NCBI GenBank assembly: GCA_021108075.1
Contig: JAIORP010000168.1
Coordinates: 2,649-66,648 of the forward strand
Length of the DNA stretch: 64,000 nucleotides
Source: Candidatus Omnitrophota bacterium
Lineage (GTDB): Bacteria; Omnitrophota; Gorgyraeia; Zapsychrales; Zapsychraceae
Direction of reading: 5' to 3'
Shown here in pieces: positions 10,201-20,491 of the stretch (its first letter is position 1; each line of letters begins with the position of its first letter). The notes beneath the pieces are model-generated. The model had not been told where the DNA came from. It was given only the letters and a program-made list of their open reading frames with translations, and searched no databases. The position numbers and the translations under genes were made by a program.

Positions 10201-10269
10201 GGTTTTGGTCATTATTTAATGGAGTGGATTCCTCTGAGCTCTGCTCCAAGGAAATTCACTGGAACTGGT
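10201..10269 (-). mobile_element. Partial MITE A end interrupted by a 36-bp mini-insertion
   Basis: GGTTTTGGTCATTATTTAATGGA-[36 bp]-TGGA-ACTGGT followed by ATTAT. It matches the MITE A end once the insert and one TGGA are removed. Confidence 0.6.
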
Positions 10270-10281
10270 ATTATTATTTTT

Positions 10282-10896
10282 TTAGGGATTGTCGATCCGC
10301 AAGGGGGAGGAAATCTTGCCTTCAAGATCCATCAATATTTGCTCAAGCCCCTGGTTGTAGCCATGGATAATAGCACCGATGCTTTTTTCATGGATCGGGA
10401 CATGTGCAATAAAAATTTGAGAAAACACATCTTCCGGAAAGATAAAATTCGATTGCAACGAAAAACGAATTTCAATGACAACTTCGTAAGCCGAGGGATC
10501 GGAAAAATCCGCATAAAAATGCTTAACCTGACCGGACAAAATATAATCGTATTTCTTTAAAAATTTCGCTCCAATCACCTCTTTAACAGACGCTGAAGCG
10601 GCGAACCAATCAAGGACAATGTCTGTGACCATATAATGCAACGGGCGGTCCCAACGGTTATAGTAATCGGTTTCAAACGATTGATTTTGCATCTGATAAA
10701 CAAACTGCTTGCGGTCATATGGAGAGACAATCAGGAGTTGTTTAACTTTTAAACGGATCGGCGCTTGATCCGACCCGACATCCTGTACTCGGTCCACCCC
10801 CAGGGAATACGATTGAATATCCAGATAATCCTGTGAAACCGTAATGCAACCACACAAACAGATTGAAAGGAATAAAAATAATAATTTCATTTTCAT
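10282..10896 (-). CDS. ABC-type transport auxiliary lipoprotein (PqiC/DUF330-like)
   Basis: Lipobox LCGC, DYYNRWDRP motif, last gene of an MCE operon. Confidence 0.8.
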   Translation of the reverse strand: MKMKLLFLFLSICLCGCITVSQDYLDIQSYSLGVDRVQDVGSDQAPIRLKVKQLLIVSPYDRKQFVYQMQNQSFETDYYNRWDRPLHYMVTDIVLDWFAASASVKEVIGAKFLKKYDYILSGQVKHFYADFSDPSAYEVVIEIRFSLQSNFIFPEDVFSQIFIAHVPIHEKSIGAIIHGYNQGLEQILMDLEGKISSPLRIDNP

Positions 10897-11747
10897 CGCG
10901 GAACATCCAATTTCCGGGGTGGTTTACCGAACAGGACCCGTGACGGGTTCTGGTTTAATTCTAAGCTGAAATCTTTCAATTCTTCAGAAACGACACGCAG
11001 ATTTTCAATCAATTCACTGATGCTGTCCTTTTCAACAGTCATCAGATTATTCACGTGATTTAACGAGGCCTTGAGGTCCTCTGTTATACTAGGAAAATCA
11101 TCTGAAGCGACTTTAAAGTTATCCAGGATCGGCATGAGTTTTTCTGAGGCATGGTTCAAATTCTGGAGGAGCGGAAGAAATTCGTTTTCGAATTCCCGGG
11201 AAAACGTCGTCACCGCCTGCTCAATACGAATGATGGGACTCGGCACGGATGGGATATAAAAAGTTTCCGGAGTCCAGGTAATCAATAACGGAGGATTTTC
11301 TTTGGGATCCACATAATCAATCTCGAGATACAATAAGCCTGTGATACCTAAATAACCGATCTTGATCCGTAACCCTTCATTGCTGATCAGACGGCTCAAT
11401 GTGCTTCCCAGGTCCTGTTCATCTTTCAACCGGCCGAACAATCGGGCGTCGAGATCTATCTCAACCATAACGTATTGATTGTATAAATCATTCGCTTGTT
11501 CATTGTCACCAAAATCATACTTATCGGTCACAACCGTAATGTTCTTGACTTTTCCGACGGACACCCCCCGGTACTTGACAAAAGAACCCACATCTAATCC
11601 CTGCACGCTCTCGTCAAAATACGTTTCCAATTGTATCGACTTGTCAAATAGTTCGCCTGCGCCAAAAATGACGATCGCAACAACCATCAGCACCGTTCCG
11701 ATGACAAGGAACAACCCAATACGGAAATAATGATTTTTCTCTCTCAA
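10893..11747 (-). CDS. mlaD: MCE/MlaD-family protein
   Basis: N-terminal TM, ESVQGLDVGSFVKYRGVSVGKV MCE motif, GITGLLYLEI, C-terminal helical region. Confidence 0.88.
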   Translation of the reverse strand: MREKNHYFRIGLFLVIGTVLMVVAIVIFGAGELFDKSIQLETYFDESVQGLDVGSFVKYRGVSVGKVKNITVVTDKYDFGDNEQANDLYNQYVMVEIDLDARLFGRLKDEQDLGSTLSRLISNEGLRIKIGYLGITGLLYLEIDYVDPKENPPLLITWTPETFYIPSVPSPIIRIEQAVTTFSREFENEFLPLLQNLNHASEKLMPILDNFKVASDDFPSITEDLKASLNHVNNLMTVEKDSISELIENLRVVSEELKDFSLELNQNPSRVLFGKPPRKLDVPR

Positions 11748-11765
11748 AATTAAACAATCCTTTTT

Positions 11766-12530
11766 CTAGATGGAAACCTGACGGTTAAAAAAATCATGAA
11801 CAAATTTATTCTTCGAGCGTTGTTTTAACGTTTGCGGTTTTCCCTGGGCAATAATGCTTTTCGTTTCTTTGTCCAAAAAAATCACGCGGTCAGCGATCGT
11901 AAAAATGCTATCTAACTCATGCGTCACGATAACAAACGTGATGCCTAAAATACGGGATAATCGAATAATCAATTGATCCAGTTCAGCTGACGTAATCGGA
12001 TCAAGTCCCGCAGAAGGTTCATCCAAAAAGAGTATCTTGGGATCCAAGGCCATGGCCCGCGCTATTGCGGCCCGTTTCTGCATCCCTCCCGAAATCTCAG
12101 ACGGCAAATACTGTTCAAATCCGTCTAAACTGACTTGCTTTAATTTTAGCGCGGCTATTCTTTCACAGGCAGACTTGGGTAAGTCCGTGAACTCTTCTAA
12201 AGGGAGTATAATATTTTCGCTCAAGGTCATCGAGCCAAACAAGGCTCCGCTTTGGTACATCACACCAATCTTATTTAAAATTCTCTGTAACACATCCCCC
12301 TGAGCCAGGGTGATATCATCGCCATCGATAATAATCTGCCCGGTCTTCACTTGATATAATCCGATTAGATGCTTCAAAAGCGTACTTTTACCGCAACCAG
12401 ACCCCCCCAGGATGATAAAAATTTCCCCACGTATAATTTCAAAAGATACATTCTCTAAAATGATGTTATCCCCATATCCCATGGTCAACTGGCTTGTTTG
12501 TATCATAATATCATTTTGTTTCGACATCAA
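11766..12530 (-). CDS. mlaF: MlaF-type ABC transporter ATPase
   Basis: Walker A GGSGCGKS, ISGGMQKRAAIARAMALDP, FLDEPSAGLDP. Confidence 0.92.
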   Translation of the reverse strand: MMSKQNDIMIQTSQLTMGYGDNIILENVSFEIIRGEIFIILGGSGCGKSTLLKHLIGLYQVKTGQIIIDGDDITLAQGDVLQRILNKIGVMYQSGALFGSMTLSENIILPLEEFTDLPKSACERIAALKLKQVSLDGFEQYLPSEISGGMQKRAAIARAMALDPKILFLDEPSAGLDPITSAELDQLIIRLSRILGITFVIVTHELDSIFTIADRVIFLDKETKSIIAQGKPQTLKQRSKNKFVHDFFNRQVSI

Positions 12531-13682
12531 TCAAATCCCTAAAAAATAATAAACAATTGAAAAAGCACCTTCAGCCAAAATAATCAGGATCAGAGAACTC
12601 ACAACAGCTCTGGTCGTCGACTGACCAACCGCGCTCGCCCCACTGCCCGTTTCAAGCCCACGATAGCAGCCTATCGAGGCGATTATGAAACCAAACACAA
12701 AGGACTTAATAAATCCGCCCAAGAAATCATTGAGATGGACCGCCCCTAAAATCTGATTGACATAGGTAATCAGGGGATAACCGAAAGAACGGACAACAAC
12801 CGCCCCTCCCAGCAAACCAGCAAAATCAGCAAAAATCGTCAGAACAGGCGCCAGAATGATCATTCCCAAAATTCTGTTTGTGACTAAAAATTTCAAAGGA
12901 TTAAGCCCCATTGTCTTCAAGGCATTAATCTCTTCATTCACCTTCATGGTGCCGATCTCTGCCGCAAACGCTGAACCGGTCCGCCCGGCCAGGACGATCG
13001 CCGTCATCAAAGGGCCCAAAACCCGTAAAATTGACAGCGCGACCAAATTCGCGACAAAAATGTCCGCGCCAAACTGCCGCATCGGAATGGCCGCCTGAAA
13101 AGCCATAATCAAACCCATTAAAAAATTGATCATCAGAATGATAAACAGCGCCTGCACGCCCCCCTCTTCCACGACCCGCCAGACATCTGTCCATCTGAAA
13201 TACCGCAAAGGATCACGCAAAGCCCTCAAGAAATGCACGGACAATTCCCCCAGGAAAACAATTTGCTGATAAATATGTTCGATAAAAAAATAAAAACTTT
13301 CGCCGACACCTTCAAAAATATTAACTCGTTCTTTCGGTCGAGGGGCGGGGCTGAAGGCCGGGTCTTCCAAGAAAACATCCAATAATTTTTGAAAATCTTC
13401 TTTGAGGTTGATGACATTGCAGTGCTGGCCTTTGAGGTGTTGCTGGCGATTAATTTCGGTTAATAACCCGATACCCGCGCCATCGCAATAACTCACGTCC
13501 CGGGCATCAATAATGATTAAAGGTTTTTGCTCCTGTTGAACACGTTCTAGGACTTCATTCCATAAAAGACCGATAGATTGCGCGCTCAAGTGCCCTTTCA
13601 AACGAAGATACAACTGATCTTCCGCAGGTATTTGAACATCATAAATAAAAGGTGGTATGGCTTGTTGAGTTCGTAAAGTCAT
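12531..13682 (-). CDS. mlaE: MlaE-family permease with N-terminal STAS domain
   Basis: STAS-like N-terminus (VSYCDGAGIGLL), AGRTGSAFAAEIGTMKVNEEINAL and VGQSTTRAVV. Confidence 0.92.
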   Translation of the reverse strand: MTLRTQQAIPPFIYDVQIPAEDQLYLRLKGHLSAQSIGLLWNEVLERVQQEQKPLIIIDARDVSYCDGAGIGLLTEINRQQHLKGQHCNVINLKEDFQKLLDVFLEDPAFSPAPRPKERVNIFEGVGESFYFFIEHIYQQIVFLGELSVHFLRALRDPLRYFRWTDVWRVVEEGGVQALFIILMINFLMGLIMAFQAAIPMRQFGADIFVANLVALSILRVLGPLMTAIVLAGRTGSAFAAEIGTMKVNEEINALKTMGLNPLKFLVTNRILGMIILAPVLTIFADFAGLLGGAVVVRSFGYPLITYVNQILGAVHLNDFLGGFIKSFVFGFIIASIGCYRGLETGSGASAVGQSTTRAVVSSLILIILAEGAFSIVYYFLGI

Positions 13683-13853
13683 CGAGCGTCCAGTTGATAT
13701 CTGATTTAAAAAATATTATTCACCGATCCGAGTATTATTTTACATGATGTGATGAGATAAAAAAATAAATATAAAAAAATATATCTTTATTTTTTCCGCC
13801 GGGGTATTGGACAGGTTGGCAAACAGGACTCGCGTAGAAAAACCTTCCCCTCA

Positions 13854-14330
13854 TTATGCGCTATTCGGCATCAGGCCTTTTTGCATCTTAACAAATGTGA
13901 TCTCATGCTCCAGGAAATCAGGATGGTCCAAATATTCGCCGCTTGAGACAAAACCGTTTTTCTCAAAAAATGGCCGTGACGCATTTCGGGCTATGGCATG
14001 CAAGTTCGCAATCCCCTGACTTCTCACAATTGTTTCAAGCTTAACAAGCATTTTCGTTCCTAACCCACAAGCACGATAATCTTGCCTGATACCGATGTGC
14101 CGCAACTCATAAGAGTCCGTTGACGTTTGATAGGCGATTAATCCGCCCACAAATTGATCTTGATCTTTGATAGCCAGAATCATCTCATACCCGTCCAGAT
14201 TAAAATCATTTTGAATCTCTTTTGATAAACCTAACGGCTCCCAGAGAATTTGCCACATCAACTCATCAACTTTCCGGGCCTGTTCAGACTGGGGAATAAT
14301 AACCTCAATGAGGATTTTATTTTTTTTCAT
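13854..14330 (-). CDS. GNAT-family acetyltransferase
   Basis: Acetyl-CoA motif IRQDYRACGLG, then FFEKNGF. Confidence 0.85.
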   Translation of the reverse strand: MKKNKILIEVIIPQSEQARKVDELMWQILWEPLGLSKEIQNDFNLDGYEMILAIKDQDQFVGGLIAYQTSTDSYELRHIGIRQDYRACGLGTKMLVKLETIVRSQGIANLHAIARNASRPFFEKNGFVSSGEYLDHPDFLEHEITFVKMQKGLMPNSA

Positions 14331-14479
14331 GGCATCCTATCCTGAAAATCTTTGTTTATGTTTTGCCCCACATCAAACCGGCAAATGACACGATAACGGA
14401 ATGACGTGTCGGAGGCAGGATTGATATAGATTAATTCTGATGATCCCCTGTGTTAATCCCTTCAAAAAATACATATGAT

Positions 14480-14557
14480 ACCAATTCCATTAAATAATAA
14501 CCAAAATCAATTCTGCTTTTCAGAATTAAGATAGAACAATTTATTAATGGATTTGGT
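14480..14557 (+). mobile_element. MITE family A, short 78-bp form
   Basis: Same sequence type as 2956-3033, flanked by direct repeat ATGAT (14475-14479, 14558-14562). Confidence 0.85.
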
Positions 14558-14749
14558 ATGATATGCCTCTTTGCAAACCGGACAGCCCAGAACTTTTTCT
14601 TCCCGGGAAGCATTCTCAGTGACAATACACCCGCCTAAAATCATAATCGACAAAAACATAAACAAAATATTTTTTTTGATTTCATTTATATCATATTGAT
14701 TGACCTATTCAATGATGTTGATCGAATACACATGATGGATTCTGCGCGA

Positions 14750-15481
14750 TCAAATTTCAAAATCACAAATAAGCGGGCGATGATCGGAGAAAGCGACCTC
14801 AGGCATGGAAAAATGAGAAACTTTAATGTCAGGACTGTGTAATATAAAATCAATTTCCCTAAATGGACGGCGGCTCGGAAAAGACGGCAAGCCACTATGA
14901 TTCGCGTTAATCAGTTTCGTCTTGTCCAAAAAATCTTCCATTTCATGATCCCCTCTTAAAACATTAAAATCACCGGCTACTATAATCGGCTTTGAAATGG
15001 ACTGCAACTGCTTGCGCAGTTCATCTAATTGATGATGACGGTGTTTGTATTTAATCGACAAATGGACTAAAAAAATGACCACCTGCTCGATTTCTAATTC
15101 AATCATCATCCGTTTTATCCCCTTACGGAAATAATGAATTTTCTTGTTGTGGATGGTTCGGTTCGTCAGAATCGCATTGCCTTGTTTATTGGTTAAGGGC
15201 AATTTCTGCCAAATAGATTTTCGCGCGTATTTCGATTGATAGACGCAGAAATGTTGCAACTGACGGGCAAGGGTGTTCGCTTGACATTCTTTTTGAAAAC
15301 GAACAGAACCGCTGTCAACTTCAAGCAACCCAAGAATATCTGGATTGACGGATTCAACAAAATCGATCAAATGCGAAAACTTTTTATGCGTGCTCCGCAG
15401 GTAACCGCTAAATGGAAACGGGAGATGGAAATGCCACTCGGAGCCGGTTCCGTAACGAATATTGTATAGAAGAAATCGCAT
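14750..15481 (-). CDS. Endonuclease/exonuclease/phosphatase (EEP) family protein
   Basis: YNI, GLLEVD, GNAIL, VAGDFN, IDFIL and SDHRP motifs. Confidence 0.9.
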   Translation of the reverse strand: MRFLLYNIRYGTGSEWHFHLPFPFSGYLRSTHKKFSHLIDFVESVNPDILGLLEVDSGSVRFQKECQANTLARQLQHFCVYQSKYARKSIWQKLPLTNKQGNAILTNRTIHNKKIHYFRKGIKRMMIELEIEQVVIFLVHLSIKYKHRHHQLDELRKQLQSISKPIIVAGDFNVLRGDHEMEDFLDKTKLINANHSGLPSFPSRRPFREIDFILHSPDIKVSHFSMPEVAFSDHRPLICDFEI

Positions 15482-15557
15482 AAGTAACTAATAGACTATC
15501 TCATTAACAAAATTATTAACAGCGGCCATAAGACGTCCTCTTAAATAAGTTATGACA

Positions 15558-15899
15558 TTATTCAGCATAATGCTTTAAATCTTTCCTAGCCTGTTCAACC
15601 CAAAAACCAGAACGGTGTTTATTAATCAATTCCATATAAACATTCATCGCCCGGTCACTATCCCCACTGTTCCGGTAACTTTCAGCTAAATAATATAAAA
15701 CAACTTCATTCAACGGGTTATTGGGTTTTTCCTGAACAAACACCTTAAAATGTTTGACGGCCTCTTTATAGCGACCGGATTGATAGGCTTGCATCCCTTG
15801 ATCATACACATCATCAAGTTTAGGATTCGTTGTCGCGCAACTTGCCAGGATCAAAGAAAAATATAACGTCATCAATAGAAATTTCCATTTCCTCATCAT
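15558..15899 (-). CDS. Small TPR lipoprotein (CpoB/BamD-like TPR pair)
   Basis: Start at MMRKWK with GGAG upstream; lipobox LASC; YDQGMQAYQSGRYKEA and LYYLAESY TPR helices. Confidence 0.75.
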   Translation of the reverse strand: MMRKWKFLLMTLYFSLILASCATTNPKLDDVYDQGMQAYQSGRYKEAVKHFKVFVQEKPNNPLNEVVLYYLAESYRNSGDSDRAMNVYMELINKHRSGFWVEQARKDLKHYAE

Positions 15900-15963
15900 T
15901 GCTTTGACTCCTAAGGTCAACCGTTCTTGTGAGATATCTATACTCACACCGAATTATTGAATG

Positions 15964-16353
15964 CTACTCATCCCACCCCATTCCTTCATCGACCGTATCA
16001 TCCGGCCGGTCAGACTTTTTCCGTCCAGCCCCCATAAACTGGACATTCGACGCCAAGACTTTCAAGCGCGTTCGTTTTGCGCCCTGCTCGGTTTCCCATC
16101 GGTCCTGTTTGAGACGACCTATCACAACAACCGGACTTCCTTTCTGGAGATATTTCGCGCAATTCTCCGCGATCACACCCCAAACCTCTATGTCGATAAA
16201 CGACGTTTCCTGTGTCTTTTGCCCGCCTTGCATATACGTCCGATTCGACGCTAAAGTAAACGTACAAACCTTCCGCCCTGACGATGTGTTCTTTAGGACA
16301 ACATCTTTTGTCAGGTTTCCGCCTAAAATCACATTATTAATCTCTAAACTCAT
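15964..16353 (-). CDS. ssb: Single-stranded DNA-binding protein
   Basis: NNVILGGNLTKD, FIDIEVWG..AE, YLQKGSPVVVIGRLKQDRWE OB-fold motifs. Confidence 0.93.
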   Translation of the reverse strand: MSLEINNVILGGNLTKDVVLKNTSSGRKVCTFTLASNRTYMQGGQKTQETSFIDIEVWGVIAENCAKYLQKGSPVVVIGRLKQDRWETEQGAKRTRLKVLASNVQFMGAGRKKSDRPDDTVDEGMGWDE

Positions 16354-16584
16354 GTTCAAACCTTTTTCTGAATAGATTGATGGATAGATGAATCAGACAC
16401 CCGTTTTCTCTAAAATAAAGATATCATAAATTATAGAATGAATAAGCATTTTTCTCAAGCAGCATATTTCAGCCTAGACAATGACACGATTGGACCCTTT
16501 CGGTCATTCCGGTGAGTCCGATAAAGCGCAACATAATAGGGATAGCGTTCAACAAAACGGTTTTGGGCGAACAACAGATATCCA

Positions 16585-17058
16585 TTATTGAAAACGGCAA
16601 TCTGAGCGTCTTTGGATCACTTCGTCTTCAGATGACCGCATCCATCCCGATCGGCTATTTTCGACGGAATCAAAGGCGTGAATATAAGGTTTAATATCAA
16701 TCAAAGGCGTTCCGTCTAACACGTCGACCCCACGAATGGTTAAGACGGACCCATCAACTTTCACTAATCGAACAATCGAGAGGCCTATCGGGTTCGGACG
16801 GGATGGTGAACGGGTTGAAAAAATTCCCCGCAGCGATGGATCCATAAACGGTTTGACGATCAATTGGGATTGCTGGGCCTTATGCCACAGATACAATAAA
16901 TAGAGATGGCTGAATCCCTCTACATCTTTTAACCCCTGGGCATATTGGCAGTCGACATGTACCTTTCCCTCAATCTCCATGCCTCCTTTTGGCTGAACCG
17001 GCATATTATCAATTTTATTAAACGGTGTGCGGATAACTCCGATCGGTTTCACTTCCAT
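16585..17058 (-). CDS. tsaA: tRNA m6t6A37 methyltransferase TrmO/TsaA family
   Basis: PIGVIRTPF, GIFSTRSPSRPNPIGLS and DVLDGTPLIDIKPY motifs. Confidence 0.9.
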   Translation of the reverse strand: MEVKPIGVIRTPFNKIDNMPVQPKGGMEIEGKVHVDCQYAQGLKDVEGFSHLYLLYLWHKAQQSQLIVKPFMDPSLRGIFSTRSPSRPNPIGLSIVRLVKVDGSVLTIRGVDVLDGTPLIDIKPYIHAFDSVENSRSGWMRSSEDEVIQRRSDCRFQ

Positions 17059-17117
17059 ATTGTCTACTCCTCTGCTTCCTGAGTGATCGTCTCATTCGTT
17101 ATAATTGATGTCTTAAT

Positions 17118-17489
17118 TTAAAGGCGGAAATGATCCAGACATGCATTGTCATAGATGACTTCTTCCATCGAGTTCAGATAATACTGGTCGATTGCTTCCC
17201 GGACCGTCGAAATATCACCATCCGTGCAAAACGCTTTGATTCCATTTTGATTGAGTTGCCCGACAGCCCGGACGCCCATGCCAGAGCATAAAACAACCTT
17301 GATGCCAAGGGGTTTGATCTGCCCGATAGCCTGACAGGTCCCATGAATATGATGATGGGCGTGATTGTCAATAAAAAAGAGCGATTGATCTTTATGATTA
17401 TGTATGGCAAGAAACGGCGAGCTGCCAAAATGATCATAAATTTTAGCTCCATAGCCATCATTACTCTTACTGGGAATACATATTTTCAT
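17118..17489 (-). CDS. NifB/NifX-family (FeMo-cofactor-binding fold) protein
   Basis: MKICIP...HFGSSPF, VVLCSGMGVRA...L...GI, TVREAI pattern. Confidence 0.82.
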   Translation of the reverse strand: MKICIPSKSNDGYGAKIYDHFGSSPFLAIHNHKDQSLFFIDNHAHHHIHGTCQAIGQIKPLGIKVVLCSGMGVRAVGQLNQNGIKAFCTDGDISTVREAIDQYYLNSMEEVIYDNACLDHFRL

Positions 17490-17683
17490 CTCTTTATCCT
17501 TTCTGAGTCATTGAAACGATTTGCTTTTCAAAAATTGATCAGATGATTCTGAATTTTTTGTCATTAATGTTTTGTCTCCGCTATCGTCGTCAAAAAAATC
17601 GACGACGGTTCTTCATTCTTTTACAGATAAAAACATGATCGCACTGGCCGGACTCCATCGTGAAAGCATTCCAACCCTTTTTA

Positions 17684-20491
17684 TTATCCGTCTTCCTCTG
17701 ATAGCAATATAGCCACAGGAAAAACTTTCAATACGTGTCCGACGTTAAGATCCGGCATAATGTCGAAAGTCTTACGTGTGATCGCGTTGAAACCCCGACC
17801 GACAAGTTCCTGTGGACATTCGATAAATGTTTCTCCCCAGACATTCTCACCGGTAGGACTCTCATCTGTTTTGACGATTTCGGTAAAAAAACGAGGGGCA
17901 ATAACTAATACAACTGTATTTTTGCGCTTACGATAAAAGGCAACCAGGCAGTCTTCATGCGTCCCTTTTACTGTCAATGGATGATAGGTTCCGTCTAGAA
18001 AGAGCTCCTCCTGTTGCCTCCGGCATTGTAGGATCTGATGGATTAAAAATAATTTGATCCGTCCGTCTTGACGACTCTGCCACAAGTCGCATAATAACAG
18101 GTCCATGTCATTCCGGGACCTGACATCAATGTCATCCAAACACAACAGACGTTTTTTATAATCTACCGGACGTCGGTTATCGGGATCGACAAAACTAAAA
18201 TCCCATAAGTCTGTTCCCTGATAAAAATCCGGCACGCCGACACCCGTCATTTTCAACAAAGTCTGCGATAAGGAATTAAGAATACCATAGTGCGCGATAT
18301 GTTTCTGAAAAGGAATAAACTCATTCAGAAATTTATTATCGGTATCCTGATTCAAAATCTTATCAATAAAAGCCAAACAGGTTTCTTCATAAACCGTGTC
18401 CGGTTTGATCCACGCGGTATGAACCTTCGCCTCGCGAATCGCTTTAATCGTGTAATCCTTCAGGCGCTGTTTAAACGAATCAAGCTCGGATAGATCAAAC
18501 GGAAAGGCCCCCAGCATGGATTGATAAATAAAATACTCATCATTGGCATCAGGAATATAAGCCCCGTCTATTTTTCTTTTCCTGGCGCGGTTCATTTTGC
18601 TCCAGGTCTTTAATGCATTTTTCCAATCCTCAGGAATTTCCGACAGGACATTGATCCGTGCCCGAGCATCTTCTCCGCGCTTTGTATCGTGCGTTGCTGT
18701 TGCATTGAGCGTGTGCGGAAATTGAGCGAATCTTTGCTGATTAAAATGATGAAAATCATGGCGTGTGATGCCAAAACAACCGGGATCTCCTCCAACTTCA
18801 TTTAAAGAAATCAGTTTGTTGTAGGAGTAAAAAAAGGTGTCTTCAAATCCTTTAGCCATAATCGGCGAGGTGATTTGCTGAAAACGCATAATAAAATGCC
18901 AAAAATCACGTTTTTCATCCTCCCGCAGCGAATCCTCTATCTCTAACAAAAGAAATTTCTTGATAAACTTTATTTCATACTCAAGGCCCGGATGATGTTT
19001 CAACGACTTCGTGATCGCAGTCTGAATATAAACCTTCTCATGTTCATTTCTGTGCAAGGACGACAGATACGTTCGATATACGGGGAATGCCGTCAAGACC
19101 GCCACCAGAGCGCGTTTTAGCCCGAAAAGTGTGATGTCGCGTCCGTAGCGGTCCCGGCTGGCCACTTTCTTCATCAAGTAAGCAAGATTCTCAATATCTC
19201 CCGCCATATGCTTATCAATGATCAACCGTTTTGTTTGGTCAACAAGATATTCATATCGAAAATGAAGTTTTGTGAATTTATAATAAATCTTGATAAAATC
19301 CGCTTTGGACTTGGTCCGGCACAACACGCCATTAACCCTATTCATAAAATCATACCCGGTGGTACCCTGAATCGGCCAATCCGGAGGCAATTTTTCATCC
19401 CCGGCTAATATTTTCTCTGTCACGATAAACGTGTCCTTCATCGCGGCAGATAATCGCTTCAAATAAACCGTCGGGTCATACAAGCCATCAACATGATCAA
19501 TTCTTAATCCGTGAATTTTATTTTCTTGCTTAAGTTTCTTAATAAAATCATGCGTGACGTTGAAAACATTCCGTTGTTCAACGCGCAACGAGATTAAATC
19601 ATTGATGGTAAAAAACCTCCGGTAATTTAATTCCTCACTGGCGACTTTCCAAAAAGATAAACGGTAACATTGCCTGGACAATAACAAGTCAAAAAATTCA
19701 AGACCCCGGTCTTTGTCTTTCTTCCCGTTAAAAAAAAGCAAATTGTCATCAACAAAACTTTTTATCGTCGCGTTCTGATAACAATCCCACAACATCTTTT
19801 TAGCGTGTAAAACCTGGTGATTGTCACAATCCAGTTTGTCTTTGTTTAATAATGCGCTAAAAATATCAACGGCACCATAAAATTTGATATACGTCGAGTC
19901 ATATTCCCCCAGTGTTTGTTCTAAACAAGAGATGTTATTCAGCAGAACGTCTTTGTATGTATCTAAATAGAGGGGAAAACATAAATCATAGTAACGGATG
20001 AATAATCCCCCCTGGTTATAGACCACTTTAATTTCCCCATCTGATAACGCCTCGGAATAAAACTTGCCGAGAAACGGAGCCAAAACCCGCCCCTGGTAAC
20101 TTTCATACATATGGACCCAATCAATATCAAAATACTCAAAATAAAGAGAATGTTCGCGTTTTTCAAATATATCCATAAGCATATCGTTCTCTTTATGGTA
20201 GGCCATATGATTGGGAACAATATCCTGCAGCCAGAACATGCCCTGGTCCTGGACAGATTTAATAAGCGATTCAAACTCCTCATGGGTTCCTAATTGGGGG
20301 TTTATCGTTGATGGGTCGGTCACATCATAACCATGTTGGGAACCAAACCGGGCCTTCAGTATGGGCGACGCATAAATATCAGAGACACCCAATTTATGCA
20401 AGTAAGGCAAAATGGCCTCCAGGTCTTTAAACCCAAAAACAGGGGAAAACTGAATCCGATATGTTGCCCGAGGTATATGCATGTTATTCAA
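17684..20491 (-). CDS. treY: Malto-oligosyltrehalose synthase
   Basis: PRATYRIQF, HGYDVTDP, DIVPNHM, GLRIDHVDGL, ATHDTKRGED, GVPDFYQG, VDPDNRRPVDY. Confidence 0.96.
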   Translation of the reverse strand: MNNMHIPRATYRIQFSPVFGFKDLEAILPYLHKLGVSDIYASPILKARFGSQHGYDVTDPSTINPQLGTHEEFESLIKSVQDQGMFWLQDIVPNHMAYHKENDMLMDIFEKREHSLYFEYFDIDWVHMYESYQGRVLAPFLGKFYSEALSDGEIKVVYNQGGLFIRYYDLCFPLYLDTYKDVLLNNISCLEQTLGEYDSTYIKFYGAVDIFSALLNKDKLDCDNHQVLHAKKMLWDCYQNATIKSFVDDNLLFFNGKKDKDRGLEFFDLLLSRQCYRLSFWKVASEELNYRRFFTINDLISLRVEQRNVFNVTHDFIKKLKQENKIHGLRIDHVDGLYDPTVYLKRLSAAMKDTFIVTEKILAGDEKLPPDWPIQGTTGYDFMNRVNGVLCRTKSKADFIKIYYKFTKLHFRYEYLVDQTKRLIIDKHMAGDIENLAYLMKKVASRDRYGRDITLFGLKRALVAVLTAFPVYRTYLSSLHRNEHEKVYIQTAITKSLKHHPGLEYEIKFIKKFLLLEIEDSLREDEKRDFWHFIMRFQQITSPIMAKGFEDTFFYSYNKLISLNEVGGDPGCFGITRHDFHHFNQQRFAQFPHTLNATATHDTKRGEDARARINVLSEIPEDWKNALKTWSKMNRARKRKIDGAYIPDANDEYFIYQSMLGAFPFDLSELDSFKQRLKDYTIKAIREAKVHTAWIKPDTVYEETCLAFIDKILNQDTDNKFLNEFIPFQKHIAHYGILNSLSQTLLKMTGVGVPDFYQGTDLWDFSFVDPDNRRPVDYKKRLLCLDDIDVRSRNDMDLLLCDLWQSRQDGRIKLFLIHQILQCRRQQEELFLDGTYHPLTVKGTHEDCLVAFYRKRKNTVVLVIAPRFFTEIVKTDESPTGENVWGETFIECPQELVGRGFNAITRKTFDIMPDLNVGHVLKVFPVAILLSEEDG

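Noticed and set aside
17118-17489. Nitrogen fixation inferred from the NifB/NifX-fold gene
   Set aside because: The fold is widespread outside diazotrophs and no nifHDK is present.
17585-17607. CGTCGTC/GACGACG hairpin after treY as a terminator
   Set aside because: Short stem with a 9-nt loop and no adjacent U-tract on the coding strand.
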